Shown one piece after another: positions 29,159-41,211 of a stretch of 64,000 nt of DNA (positions are counted from its first letter, which is position 1; the number at the start of each line of letters is the position of its first letter). Where the stretch lies: assembly GCA_963789955.1 (NCBI GenBank), contig CAWBMV010000036.1, positions 64,001 through 128,000 on the forward strand. Reading direction: 5' to 3'. The DNA is from an uncultured Candidatus Rokubacteria bacterium (lineage in GTDB: Bacteria > Methylomirabilota > Methylomirabilia > Rokubacteriales > CSP1-6). Both the position numbers and the translations under genes were made by a program. The notes below the pieces were generated by a model, which was not told the DNA's origin, ran no database searches, and saw only the letters and a program-made list of their open reading frames with translations.

Positions 29159-29919
29159 ATGCTCGAGGTGTCGGGGCTCGTCAAGGCATTCGGGAGTCTG
29201 CGCGCCGTCGATGGCGTCGATCTCGCCGTCGGCGCCGGCACGATCACCGGGCTCATCGGCCCCAACGGCGCCGGCAAGACGACGCTCTTCAACCTGATCG
29301 CGGGCGCGCTCGCACCCGAGGCCGGCGCCATCCGTTTCATGGGCGAGCGCATCGACCGACTCACGCCCGATCGCATCTTCGCCAAGGGCCTCGCCCGCAC
29401 GTTTCAGGTTCCGCGGCCGTTTCCGCAGATGACCGTGCTCGAGAACCTCATGCTGGCGCCGCTTCGCCAGTCAGGCGAGCGCCTCTGGAACAACTGGCTG
29501 CGCGCCGGGCGCGTGCGGCACGAGGAGCAGCGCGGCGCGCGCGCGCGCGGTGGAGGTGCTCGAGCTGTGCGATCTCGCCGACAAGGCCGGTGAGATCGCC
29601 GGACGACTCTCGGGCGGGCAGCAGAAGCTCCTCGAGCTGGCGCGCGTCCTGATCGCCGAGCCGAAGCTGATCCTGCTCGACGAGCCGGCGGCCGGGGTCA
29701 ACCCGGTGCTGCTCGAGACGCTCGTCGATCGCATCGTGCGCCTGCAACCAGCGCGGCGTCACGTTCCTCGTCATCGAGCACAACATCGATCTCGTGCTGA
29801 CCGTGTGCCGGCCGATCGTCGTCATGGCGCAGGGCAAGCTGATCTACCACGGGGATGCCGCGGGCGTGCGCCAGGACCGGCGGGTGCTCGACGCGTATCT
29901 GGGCGACATGCCCGCATGA
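29159..29919 (+). CDS. branched-chain-type ABC ATPase (LivG-like), frameshifted
   Basis: GPNGAGKTT, RTFQ, LSGGQQKL, LLDEPAAG, IEHN across three frames. Confidence 0.9.
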
Positions 29920-29926
29920 CCCTCCG

Positions 29927-30690
29927 ATGAGCCATCTCCAGGTGAACGACCTCGTCGCCGGCTATGTCCGCGGCCTGCCGGTGGTGCACGGCGTGTCGAT
30001 CGCAGGTCGATCGGCGCGAGATCGTCACGCTCATCGGCCCCAACGGCGCCGGGAAGAGCACCTGCTCAAGGCCATCGCCGGGCTGGTCTCGCGCGAGGGG
30101 GGGCACGTCACGGCTCGACGGCCGGGACGTGACGGCGTTGCCCGCACACGAAGTCGTGTCGTCGGGGATCGGGTTCGTGCCGCAGACCGGCAACGTCTTC
30201 ACGACCCTGACCGTGCACGAGAATCTCAAGGTCGGCGCGCACGTGATCCGCGGCGCGTTGACCGAACGCCTCGAGCGCGCCTATGCCTTGTTCCCGCCGC
30301 TGGCGGCGCGGCGCGCGCTTCGCGCCCGCACCTTGTCGGGCGGCGAGCGGCAGATGCTCGCGATCGCGCGCGCGCTGATGACCGATCCGACGTTGCTCAT
30401 GCTCGACGAGCCGACGGCGGGGCTCGCGCCGCGCGTCGTCGAAGAGGTCTTCCGCCAGCTTCGTGGGCTCGCCGAATCGGGCATCGCGGTCCTGATGGTG
30501 GAACAGAACGCGAAGGCCGCGCTTGCGCGTGTCCGACCGCGGCTACGTGCTGACCGAAGGCCGTAATCGCTTCACCGGTCGCCGGCGCGCGCGACGAACC
30601 GCGCTGCTGAAGCGCTCGGCAGCCGACGTCGATGAGTCGGCGCATGCGCGATTCCTGGGCGTGTCGCGCGGGGCCGCGGCGAAGCCGCGG
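29927..30690 (+). CDS. branched-chain-type ABC ATPase (LivF-like), frameshifted; end approximate
   Basis: GPNGAGKS, LSGGERQMLA, LMLDEPTAGL, VEQN. Confidence 0.88.
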
Positions 30691-30699
30691 CCAGCCAGC

Positions 30700-31605
30700 G
30701 TGGTGGGCTCGGGCCCCACATCGCCGACGGCCTGCCTCGACCGGCGCCGTCATCGCGCTCGGCGCGATCGGCGTGACGTTCACGCTCGGCATCATGCGCT
30801 TCGCGAACTTCGCGCATTCCGAGCTCCTCACGTGGGGCGCCTACTTCGCGCTGGTCGTCGTCGCGTTCGCCGGACCCGGCGCGCCCACCGGGCCGCTCTC
30901 GTTCGGCTGGCAGCTGGTCGCCGCCGCGCTCGTCGCGGCCGTACTGACCGGGCTCGCCGCGTGGGCCGTCGACGCGCTCGTGTTCCGGCGGCTGCGACGC
31001 CGCGGCGCGCATCCGCTCACGATGGTCTTCGCGGCGTTCGGGGCCGCGCTCGTGATGCGCCACCTGGTCGTGCTGGTCTGGGGACACGAGTCGCGCTACT
31101 ACACGCGCGAATTGCAGATGGCGACGGAGGTGCTGCCGGGAGTTCGCGTGCTGCCCGGATCAGATCTTCATCGTCGGCCTGGCGCTGGCGGCCATGATCG
31201 GCCTGCACGTGTTCCTGACGCGGAGCCGTACCGGCATGGCGATGCGCGCGATGGCGGAGAGCCCGGCGCTCGCGCAGGTGTGCGGCATCGAGGTCGAGCG
31301 GGTGGTGCGCCTCACCTGGATCATCTCCGGGGCGCTGGCGGCGCTCGCCGGCGTGTTCGTCGGCCTCACGCCGCAGATTCATCCGGAGATCGGGTTCAAC
31401 GTGCTGCTGTCGCTGTTCGCGGCGGCGATCCTGGGCGGCACGGGCAGCCTCCCCGGCGCCGTCGTCGGCGGGCTTCTGGTCGGCCTCGCCGAGAACCTGT
31501 CGCTGCTCGTGATCAGCCCGGGCTACAAGGGCGCGATGCCCTTCCTGCTGCTCCTGCTCATGCTTGATCGTGCGGCCGCAGGGCATCTTCGGCGAGCGGA
31601 GCTAG
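30700..31605 (+). CDS. branched-chain-type ABC permease (LivH-like), frameshifted; start approximate
   Basis: IALGAIGVT..FANFAHSE, SRTGMAMRA, FAAAILGG.GS..GAVVGG. Confidence 0.88.
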
Positions 31606-32548
31606 ATGCTCGCCTACCTCGTGTTCTTCGCGTGCATCGTGCTGATCCTCGGGGTCCTCACGCTCGGCCTGAATCTGCAGTGGGGGTTCACCGGGCTGTT
31701 CAACGCCGGCGTGGTCGGCTTCTACGCGATCGGCGCCTACACGCACGCGATCCTCACCGCGGCGCCGCAACCCCAGTACGTCGGCAACTTCGGCCTGCCC
31801 TGGCCCGTGGGCGTCCTGGCCGCGATGGCGTCGACGGCGCTCGCCGGCTGGCTGATCGGACTCGTCACGATTCGCCTGCGCGGCGACTACCTGGCCATCG
31901 CGACGTTCGGCGTCGCCGTCTCCATCCAGCTCGTCGCGCTCAACTGGGAGCCGCTCACCGGCGGCCCGCAGGGGCTCACGCGCATCGGCCGGCCGCTCGC
32001 GCGGCTGTTCGAGACGCCGTTCGGCTTCAACCTCTGGTTTCTCGGGTTGATGATCGCGCATCATGGCGGCGATCTACTGGGCGCTCGACCGCATGCTGTG
32101 CTCGCCGTGGGGCCGCGTGCTGAAGGCGATTCGCGAGGACGAGACCGCCGCGGTCGCGCTCGGCAAGAGCGCGCGGCGCTTCCGGCTCGAGGCGTTCGTC
32201 CTCGGCTCGACGCTCATGGGGCTGGCCGGCGCGCTCTACGTCAGCTTCATCGGCTTCGTCAGCCCGTTCGACTTCCTGCCGATCGTGACCTTCCAGGTCT
32301 GGGCCATGCTCATCGTCGGCGGCAGCGGCAACAACCGCGGCGCCCTGCTCGGCGCGCTGGTCGTCTGGGCGCATCTGGGCGGTCTCCGGCGTCGCTCGTC
32401 ACCAAGCTGGTGCCGCCGAGCCACGCCGCGCAGGGCGCCGCGGTCCAGGTCATCCTGATCGGTGCTGCTCCTGATGCTCGTGCTGCTCTTGCGCCCGCGC
32501 GGCTTGATCGGCGAGGCGGCGGTTGTCTCGCGGCACGTGAACGATTAA
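31606..32548 (+). CDS. branched-chain-type ABC permease (LivM-like), frameshifted
   Basis: LNLQWGFTG, RLRGDYLAIAT, SPWGRVLKAIREDE, GGSGNNRGA. Confidence 0.88.
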
Positions 32549-32604
32549 GCTCCCTCCTGCTGCCGAGCGGTCACACCGAGGAAGCGCTATAGAGGAAGGA
32601 CGAC

Positions 32605-33878
32605 ATGGAACGACGGCGACGGATTACGGTCGTGTTTGCGCTGGCTTTGATGGCGGGTGTGCTGTCCGCGGGCAGCGCGGCGGCGCAGAGCTGCCCGGTG
32701 AAGATCGGCGGCATGCTGCCGCTGACCGGCTCGATGGCCCCGATCACCAAGAAGATCGCCCAGTCGGCGGAGCTGGCCATCGAGCACGTCAACGCAGGGC
32801 GGCGGCATCAAGGGCTGCCCGGTGCAGTTCATTCTGCGAGACGACCAGGGACAGCCGACGGTGGGCGTGGACGCCGCCAAGTACCTGGTCGAGGTCGAGC
32901 GGGTGCCGGCCTTCACCGGGACGATCTCCTCGGGCGTCACGGGCCCGATCATCTGCGTCGGTGACGGCGCCGTCGAAGGTGGTGCAGATCACGTGCTGCT
33001 CGACCGCGAGCCCCTTCACGCTCGACGGACGCAGCGGCGGGTACTTCTTCCGCACCATTCCCGACCAGCAAGACGCAGGCGTTTGCGACCGCCGTCGGAA
33101 ACCGCGCGGCGCGGCATGAAGAAGACGGTCGTCATCTACGTCAACACCGACTTCGGCACGGACATGCTGCGCTTCTACAAGGCCGCGGTCGCCAAGCTCG
33201 GGCGGCGAGGTGATCGCCGAGGTGCCGTACAACGACAACCAGACCGAGCTACCGGGCCGAGGTCACGAAGGCGCTCGCGGCGAAGCCCGAATCGCTGCTG
33301 CTGATCGGATTCCCGAAGGACGGCGTCACCATCGTGCGCGAGTGGCTGTCGCTCGGGCGGCACGAAGACGATCGCGCTCAACAACTCGATGCGCACCATG
33401 GACTTCGTCAACGGCGTGGGCGCGAAGTTCATCGAGGACGTCTTCGGCATGGACAACGCGCAGGTGGCGGGCCCGCACGTGGATGCGTTCAACACGGCGT
33501 TCGAGGAGAAGTTCAAGACCGACACCAAGGGACCGGGCGTGCACACGCAGTACGACGCCCTGATGGTGATGGCGCTGGCGATGAACATCGCCAAGGATCT
33601 GACGCGGCCCGTCGATCAAGGACGCGGTGCGCCGCGTGCACGTCCCGAACGGGACGCCCGTCGGCACGGGCCCGGCCGAGTACAAGAAGGCGCTCGAGCT
33701 CATCAAGGCCGGCAAGCCGATCAAGTACTTCGGCGCGACCGGGCCGATCGAGTTCGACGCCAACGGCGACGTGACCGGGCCGGCGCTCGTGTGGAAGGTC
33801 AAGGACGGCCAGATCGTGACCGACCGCATCATCACCATCGAGGACATGCAGGCCCTGTTCAAGCGCGTCGAGAATTGA
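32605..33878 (+). CDS. ABC substrate-binding protein (Leu/Ile/Val-binding family), multiple frameshifts
   Basis: Signal peptide, KIGGMLPLTG, YFFRT, YDA, I.YFGATGPIEFDANGD. Confidence 0.88.
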
Positions 33879-33890
33879 GCCCGCGAACCC

Positions 33891-34334
33891 ATGGTGCCGG
33901 CGCTCTCGCACTGTGTGACCGCCGAGTGCGCCGTGCCGGCGCGCCGCGCGTACGACTTTCTCTCGGACGGTCTCGAGGTGGGCCGATGGGCGCTCGGATC
34001 GTTCGAGGCCCGCAAGGTGGGCCGGAATCTCTTCCGCGGTCGTTCGCTCTTCGACGGCGCGGAAGTGCTCTACCGGCCGGTCGGGGATGCCGCGCGACTG
34101 ATCGTCGACTACCATGTGGGCACGAATGCGCGGACGCTCGCCCCGCGCGTCATGGCGCGCGTGGTTCCGGGTGACGCGACGGGTCGTGGCCGGCGCTCGT
34201 GCCTGGTGACCTTGATCGCCTGGCGTGACGCGTCGATGAGCCAGGCGCGCTGGGAACGTCTGGTCGCATGCCACGAAGTCGAGATCCGGCTGGTGCAGGC
34301 GCTGCTCGCTGGAAGGAGGCGCTCACGACGATGA
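33891..34334 (+). CDS. hypothetical protein (SRPBCC/polyketide cyclase-like)
   Basis: AYDFLSD..GRWALG..VDYHVG..W.RL..HEVEI; stop overlaps kynureninase ATG. Confidence 0.65.
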   Translation: MVPALSHCVTAECAVPARRAYDFLSDGLEVGRWALGSFEARKVGRNLFRGRSLFDGAEVLYRPVGDAARLIVDYHVGTNARTLAPRVMARVVPGDATGRGRRSCLVTLIAWRDASMSQARWERLVACHEVEIRLVQALLAGRRRSRR

Positions 34335-35568
34335 TCGATCTGGCGCACTGCCGCGCACTCGACCTTCGTGATCCCCTGCGAGGCATGCGGGACCGCTTCG
34401 CTCGGCCGGCCGAGGACACCGTGTATCTCGACGGCAACTCGATCGGCGCGATGCCGGCCGACGCGGCGTCGCGCGTGGAACGCGTGATGCTGGACGGCTG
34501 GCGGGACGCGCGCCGCCGCGGCTGGAACCGCTACGACTGGCTGGAGAAGCCCTGGCGCATGGGCGAAGACCTGGCGCACATCCTCGGCGCCGGCAAGGGC
34601 GACGTGGTGTTCTGCGACAACACCACGATCAACCTCTACAAGATCCTCGGCTACGCCTGGCAGCTCGATCGCTCGCGGCCGGTGATCGTGACCGAGGCGC
34701 ACAACTTCCCGACCGACACGTACGTCGCGGAAGGGCTCACGCGCTTCGCGGGCGGCAACGCGTCGGTCCGCCGCATCGACAAGCCGGACGAGCTCGACGC
34801 CGCGCTCTCCGGCGACGTCGGCGTGCTCTACCTGAGCCACGTCGACTATCGCTCGAGCCGGCGCTGGAACATGGCGGAGGTCAACGAGCTGGCGCGCGCC
34901 CGAGGCGTGCTCACCATGTGGGACTGCTCGCACGCGGCCGGCGCGGTCCCGGTCGACCTGGCGGGCACCGGCGCCGATTTCGCCGTCGGCTGCGGCTACA
35001 AGTATCTCTGCGGCGGTCCGGGCGCCCCGGCGTGGCTCTACGTGCACCCGCGGCATCAAGAGCGCGCGTGGCCCGTGATCGCCGGCTGGATGGGCCACGC
35101 CGACGTCTTCGCGTTCGCGCCGACCTACGAGCCGTTGCGCGGCGTGCGGCGCCACCTGACCGGCACGCCGGGCATCATCGCGAACGAGGCGATGGCCGCG
35201 GCGGTCGACATCTGGCGCGACGTGAAACGCGAGGACCTGGCGTGGAAGCATCGCTCGCTGTCCGAGCTGCACGATCGCCCTGCTCGAGCAGGAATGCGGG
35301 AAGTTCGGCGTCATCGTCACCTCGCCGCGCAAGCTACGACGAGCAGGGGGGCCACGTCGGCTTCAGCCATCCGGGCGCCGGATCGGTCTGCGAAGCGCTC
35401 CTCGAGCACGGCGTGGTGAGCTCGTTCCGAAAGCCGGATGTGGTCCGCTTCGGCATCTCGCCGGTGGCGATCAGCCACGAGGACGTCTGGGTCGCGGTGT
35501 CCCGCCTGCGCCGCGTGCTCGAGACCGAGGTCTGGCGCGAGCCCCGGTTCAAGAAGGTGTCGGTCTGA
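34331..35568 (+). CDS. kynU: kynureninase (frameshifts near 35270-35330)
   Basis: YLDGNSIG, NFPTDTY, WDCSHAAGAVP, GCGYKYLCGGPG (PLP Lys), GWMGH. Confidence 0.9.
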
Positions 35569-37648
35569 TGCGGGCGCGGCTGGCCGCCGACATCGGCGGC
35601 ACGTTCACCGACGTCGTCCTCGAGAGCCCCGCGGGCCGTGACACCGCCAAGGTGCTGACGACGGCGGCGCCGGAAGTCGGCGTGCTCGACGGAATCCGGC
35701 GCGTGCTCGCCGCGGCCGGGCTGCCGCCGTCGGAGGTCTCGGTCTTCGTCCACGGCACGACGCTCGCGACCAACGCGCTCATCGAGCGCAAGGGCGCCCG
35801 GACCGCGTTCGTCACCACCGAGGGGATGCGCGACATCCTCGAGATGGGCTACGAGAAGCGCTTCGAGCAGTACGACGTCTACATGGAGCGGCCGCTGCCG
35901 CTCGTGCCGCGGCCGCTGCGCTTCACGGTGGCCGGGCGGCGCGACGGCCGGGGGCGCGTCCTGCGCGAGCTGGACGAGGCCGGCGGTGCAGGCGCGTCGG
36001 CGAGCGGCTGCGCGCCGAGCGAGTCGGGGCGGTCGCGATCGGATTCATGCACGCCTATGCCTGGCCGGAGCACGAGCAGCGCGCGGCCGAGATCCTGCGC
36101 GCGCAGCTGCCGGCCGACGTCACGGTCTGCCTCTCGAGCGAGGTCTGCCCGGAGATCCGCGAGTACGAGCGGTTCTCGACGACCTGCGCCAACGCCTACG
36201 TGCGGCCGATGATGCAGGGCTATCTGCTGCGGCTGCGTGCCGAGCTGAACGCGCTCGGCATGACGTGCCCGTTGCTCCTCATGATGTCGGGCGGCGGCCT
36301 CACCACGCTCGAGATCGCGGCGCGGTTTCCGGTGCGGCTCGTCGAGTCCGGGCCCGCCGGCGGCGCGCTGCTCTCGTCCTGGATCGCCCGCGAGCGGGCG
36401 CTCGACCGCGTGCTGTCCTTCGACATGGGCGGCACCACCGCGAAGATCTGCCTGATCGACGGCGGCGAGCCCGAACGGGCGCGCTCGTTCGAGGTCGCGC
36501 GCGCCTACCGCAACGTGAAGGGCAGCGGGCTGCCGGTGCGCGTGCCGGTGATCGAGATGGTCGAGATCGGCGCCGGCGGCGGCTCGATCGCGCGCGTCGA
36601 TGCGATGCAGCGCATCACGGTGGGCCCGGACAGCGCCGGCGCCGACCCGGGACCGGCCTCGTACGGGCGCGGCGGCAGCGAGGCCACGGTGACCGACGCC
36701 GACCTGGCGCTCGGCCGCATCGATCCGGCGCGGTTCGCCGACGGCGCGCTTCAGCGCTCGACGTCGCGGCCGCCGCAGCGGCGCCCTCGCGACGCGACGT
36801 CGGCGCGCCGCTCGGGCTCGAGGCGCCGTGGCACGCGGCGGGCGTGTCCGAGATCGTCGAGGAGAACATGGCCAACGCCGCGCGCGTGCACGCGATCGAG
36901 CGCGGCCGCGTCATCGGCCGCTACACGATGATCGCGTTCGGCGGCGGCGCGCCGCTGCACGCGGGGCGGCTCGCGGAAAAGCTCGGCGTCGGCCGCGTCG
37001 TCGTTCCGCGAAGGCGCCAGCGTCGGCTCGGCGATCGGGTTCCTGCGCGCGCCGGTGTCGTTCCAGGTGGTGCGCAGTCATCGCGCCACCCTGTCCGCGT
37101 TCGACGCCGGCGTCGTGAACGGGCTGCTCGAGCAGTGCGCCGCCGCCGCGACCGACGTGGTGCCGCCGCGCGGTGCCCGAGGGCGATCTCGCGATCCGGC
37201 GCGTGGTCGATCTCCGCTACATCGGCCAGGGCCACGAGCTGCAGCTCGCGCTGCCCGACGGCGCGCTCGCAGACCGAGGACGCGCAGCGGCCTGCGCGCG
37301 CAGTTCGAGACGCTCTACGGCTCGATCTACGGCGTCACGATGCCGGACCAGGACGTCGAGTTCGTCACCTGGTCGGTGACGGTCTCGGCGCCGTCCGACG
37401 CGCCGCTGCCGGCCAAGCCGGTGCAGAAGCACGCCGCGCCGCCGCCGCGCTCGCGGCGCGACGTCTACGAGCCGGCGCTCGGCCGCATGGTCGCGTTCGC
37501 CGGTCTACCAGCGCGGCGATCTCGAGCCGGGATACGAGCTGGCCGGGCCGGCGCTGATCGAGGAAGGCCAGACCACGACCGTCGTGCCCGCGAGCTTCAC
37601 GCTCCACGTGGACGGCGCGGGCTATCTCGTCATGGAGAGCCGCGATGA
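35568..37648 (+). CDS. hydantoinase A / 5-oxoprolinase ATP-binding subunit (multiple frameshifts)
   Basis: DIGGTFTD, HGTTLATNA, ESGPAGG, DMGGTT, GAGGGS, SAGADPGP. Confidence 0.92.
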
Positions 37649-39295
37649 ATGAGGCGCTCAAGCGCATTCACATGCAGGTGATGTGGAACCGGCTGATCGC
37701 CGTGGTCGAGGAGCAGGCGCAGGCCCTGCTGCGCACGGCCTTCGGCGCGATCACGCGCGAGGCCGGCGACCTCTCGGCGGGCGTCTACGACACCGGCGGG
37801 CGCATGCTCGCGCAGGCGGTCACGGGCACGCCCGGCCACGTCAACACGATGGCCGCCGCGGTGCGGCACTTCCTCGATCGCTACCCGATCGCGACCATGC
37901 GCCCCGGCGACGTCTTCGTCACCAACGATCCGTGGCTCGGCACCGGGCACCTGTTCGACTACGTCATGGTGACGCCGGTGTTCCGCGGCGAGCGGCCGGT
38001 CGGGCTCTTCGCGTCGACGTGCCATACCCCCGACGTCGGCGGCGTGGGCTTCTCCGCCGAGGCGCGCTCGGTCTACGAGGAAGGGACCTGCGTGCCGCAT
38101 ATGCGGCTCCGCGAGCAGGGCGCCATCGACGAGAAGATCTTCGCGATCATCATGGCGAACTCGCGCAACCCGATCGAGGCGCGCGGCGATCTACTGTCGC
38201 TGATCGCCTGCAACGACGTGGGCGCGGCGCGGCTGGCCGACATGATGCGCGAGTTCGATCTCGACTCGATCGACGAGCTGGCGCGGCACATCCTCGACAC
38301 GTCGCGCGAGGCCACGCGCGAGGCGATCCGGCAGCTGCCGCGCGGCCGGTTCAAGACGTCGATGACGCTCGACGGGTACGAAGCGCCGATCGAGCTCCAC
38401 GCGAGCCTCGAGATCGGCGACGGCGAGATCACCGTCGACTACGCCGGGAGCTCGCCGGTCTCGGGACGCGGCATCAACTCGCCGCGGTGCTACACCGAGG
38501 CCTACTCGGTCTTCGGGCTCAAGTGCCTCATCGCGCCGGCGATCCCGAACAACGCGGGCTCGCTCGAGCCCTTCCATGTCCTGGTCGAGGACGGCACGTG
38601 CGTCGCGCCGCTCCGGCCCGCGCCGGTCACCGCGCGCCACGTGATCGGGCAGATGCTGCCGGACGTGATGTTCGGCGCGCTCGCCCAGGCGCTCGACGGG
38701 CGCGTGCCGGCCGAGAGCGCGGGGTCGATCTGGGTGCTGCCGATGGCGGGGATGCGCGCGCCGGGCAAGCCGTTCAACGTGCTCAACGTCGGACTCGGCG
38801 GCACCGGGGCGCGTCCCGGCAAGGACGGGCTCAACACGACGGCGTTTCCGAGCGGCGTCGGCGTCGTGCCGGTGGAGATCACCGAGAACGAGTCGCCGCT
38901 CGTGTTCTGGGTCAAGGAGTACCTGCCGGATTCCGGCGGCGCGGGCGAGTTCCGCGGCGGGCTCGGGCAGCGCATCGAGATCGGCAACAGCGATCCGACG
39001 CCGTTCACCGTGGCCGCGGGCACCTTCGACCGCCTGCGCAATCCAGCGAGCCGGACGGTCCGGGGGGCGCCCCGGACGTCACGGCGCCGCGCGGCTGGCG
39101 TCGGGTACCGTGCTGGCCACCAAGGCCGTGCACACGATTCCGCCGGGCGACCGCATCGTGCTCGAGCTGCCCGGCGGCGGCGGCGTGGGCGATCCCGCGC
39201 AGCGCGCGAAGAGCCGCCTCGACGCCGACGTGGCCGCGGGATTGGTCAGCGCGGCCGGCGCCGCGCGCGACTACGGGCCGGGGCGCGAGCGCTAG
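37645..39295 (+). CDS. hydantoinase B / 5-oxoprolinase subunit (frameshift near 39050)
   Basis: REAGDLS, TNDPWLGTGHLFD, H..DVGG, DSGGAGEFRGGLG, PGGGGVGDP. Confidence 0.92.
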
Positions 39296-39713
39296 CGACT
39301 CGGCCGACGGCGGACGTCGGCCGCCGGTCCGGAGCCTTGAGCGCCGTCACCTCGATCTCGACCTTCGCGTCGTCGACGGCCAGCGGTGAGCACACCGTCG
39401 TGTTCGCGGCGCGGGCGGCGCCGAGGCGCTTCTTGAGCACACCGGACACCGCTTCGACGTCGGCTCGATCCGGCACGAAGGCGCGCACGCGCACCACGTC
39501 GAGCAGGGCCGCGCCGGCATCGCGCAGCGCCCGCTCGATGATGTCGAGCGACATCTCGGCCTGCGCCTGGGCCGTCGGCGGCCACGTGTTCGTGCGAAGG
39601 TCGTAGCCGACCGTCCCGGAGACGAACACCCAGCGGCCGTCGACCACCGCGCGGGAGTATCCGGCGAGCGCTTCCCACGGGGATCCGCTGGAGACGAACT
39701 TTCTCGGGCTCAA
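39246..39713 (-). CDS. Rid (YjgF/YER057c/UK114) family protein
   Basis: SSGSPWE..GYSRAV..VSGT..DVVRVR..VEIEVTA; TTG start overlaps upstream stop. Confidence 0.88.
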   Translation of the reverse strand: MSPRKFVSSGSPWEALAGYSRAVVDGRWVFVSGTVGYDLRTNTWPPTAQAQAEMSLDIIERALRDAGAALLDVVRVRAFVPDRADVEAVSGVLKKRLGAARAANTTVCSPLAVDDAKVEIEVTALKAPDRRPTSAVGRVASARAPARSRARRRPR

Positions 39714-41179
39714 GGATCGACCTCCGCCTCGGCTTCGATCTCGACTTCGTAGCCGCCGATGAGTCCGGCGATCTCCACCAGCGTGTTGGCCGGCCGCACC
39801 GCGGCGAAGTAACGGCCGTGGACGCGCGCCACTGCTTCCGCGCACTTGGCGTCTCGCACGTAGATCCGCGTGCGCACCACGTCGTCGAGCTCGCCGCCGA
39901 GCGCCTCGATGGCGGCGCCGATCTTGTCGAGGACGTAGACGGTCTGGCCTTCCGCGTCGCCCGGACACACCATGGTGCTCTCGCCGTGGGTCGCCGTCGT
40001 GCCGCTGACCAGGATCCGACGGCCCGCCCGCAGCGCGCGCGCGTAGCCGGCGATCGGCTCCCAGCGGCTGCCGGAGTCGACCGCCGTGCGCGCGGGGCGC
40101 GCGCGGCCCGCTTTCGCGTGGAAGACACGCGGAAGGCTCGCCAGGTGGTGACTCAGATCGCCGGAGGCGGTGAGGAACGGCGGCTTTCGGTATTCGTCAC
40201 CGCAATCGCCGGGAATCTCGCGCAGCTGCGATTGCGCCTCGGCGAGCCGCGCCGTGTCCGCCTCGTCGAGGGCGAAGCCGAACACCGCCAGGTTGTCGCC
40301 GCGATGCTCGCGCTCGCCGAGCCGCGCGCCGATGATCACGGCGCCGACGGCCTCCTGCTCCAGCACCCAGCGCGTGGCGACGTTGGCGACCGAGACGCCG
40401 TGCTTGAGCGCGATGGTCCCGGCCGCCGCGAGGACGCGCTGCAGAGCGGCCCAGCCGCCGACCGTATCGACGAACCGCTTGTACTTCGACTTGCTCCAGT
40501 CGGGAATGGTCGTCGGCTCGGGCTGACCGACCCAGCGATCGCTGAGAAAGCCCCCGCCGAGCACGCCGTAGGCCAGGAGCTTCACGCCGCTCTCCCGGCA
40601 GACGTCGGTCATGCGCCCCGCCGGCCGGCGGTCGAGCAGCGAGAACGACACCTGGTTCGTGACGATCGGGATGCCGTGCTTGACGAGCAGGCGGAGGTGA
40701 TCGGTGTCGAAGTTGGTCACGCCGAGATGACGGACGAGCCCTTCGCGGCGCAGTCGATCGAGCTCGAGCATCGCGTCGAGATATCCGGGATGCCGGTACT
40801 GCCACCAGTGAAACTGCAGGAGGTCGACGCGCGGAACGCCGAGACGCTCGAGGCGCTGCCGCACGCCGGCGCGAACGACCTCCGGGGTCATCGGCCCGGG
40901 AGGCGGGCACCACTTGGTGAAGGCGGTGGCGCGGCCGTGACCGGCGCGCGCGAGATAGCGGCCGACGAGGAGCTCGGCGCTGCCGTAGTGGTCGGCCATG
41001 TCGAACGCGTCGAACCCCGCGTCGGCATACGCGCCGAGGGCGAGAGCGGCGGCATCGGGATCGAGCGGCGTGCCGTCGCGCTCCATGTCGGCGACCTGCC
41101 ACAGTCCGGTGAGCACGCGCGGCACCTCGAGCCCGGGCCCGAGCTCGATGCGCGGAGGGCGAAGTGGTCGGTCGGCCAT
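39710..41179 (-). CDS. aldo/keto reductase fused to C-terminal Rid domain
   Basis: GLWQ, FDMADHYG, DLLQFHWW, LGVTNFD; C-terminal SGSRWE..GYARA..VSGTTA..VEIEAEA. Confidence 0.88.
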   Translation of the reverse strand: MADRPLRPPRIELGPGLEVPRVLTGLWQVADMERDGTPLDPDAAALALGAYADAGFDAFDMADHYGSAELLVGRYLARAGHGRATAFTKWCPPPGPMTPEVVRAGVRQRLERLGVPRVDLLQFHWWQYRHPGYLDAMLELDRLRREGLVRHLGVTNFDTDHLRLLVKHGIPIVTNQVSFSLLDRRPAGRMTDVCRESGVKLLAYGVLGGGFLSDRWVGQPEPTTIPDWSKSKYKRFVDTVGGWAALQRVLAAAGTIALKHGVSVANVATRWVLEQEAVGAVIIGARLGEREHRGDNLAVFGFALDEADTARLAEAQSQLREIPGDCGDEYRKPPFLTASGDLSHHLASLPRVFHAKAGRARPARTAVDSGSRWEPIAGYARALRAGRRILVSGTTATHGESTMVCPGDAEGQTVYVLDKIGAAIEALGGELDDVVRTRIYVRDAKCAEAVARVHGRYFAAVRPANTLVEIAGLIGGYEVEIEAEAEVDP

Positions 41180-41211
41180 GGTGCCGGACAGAGTAACATC
41201 GGGCGACAGAC

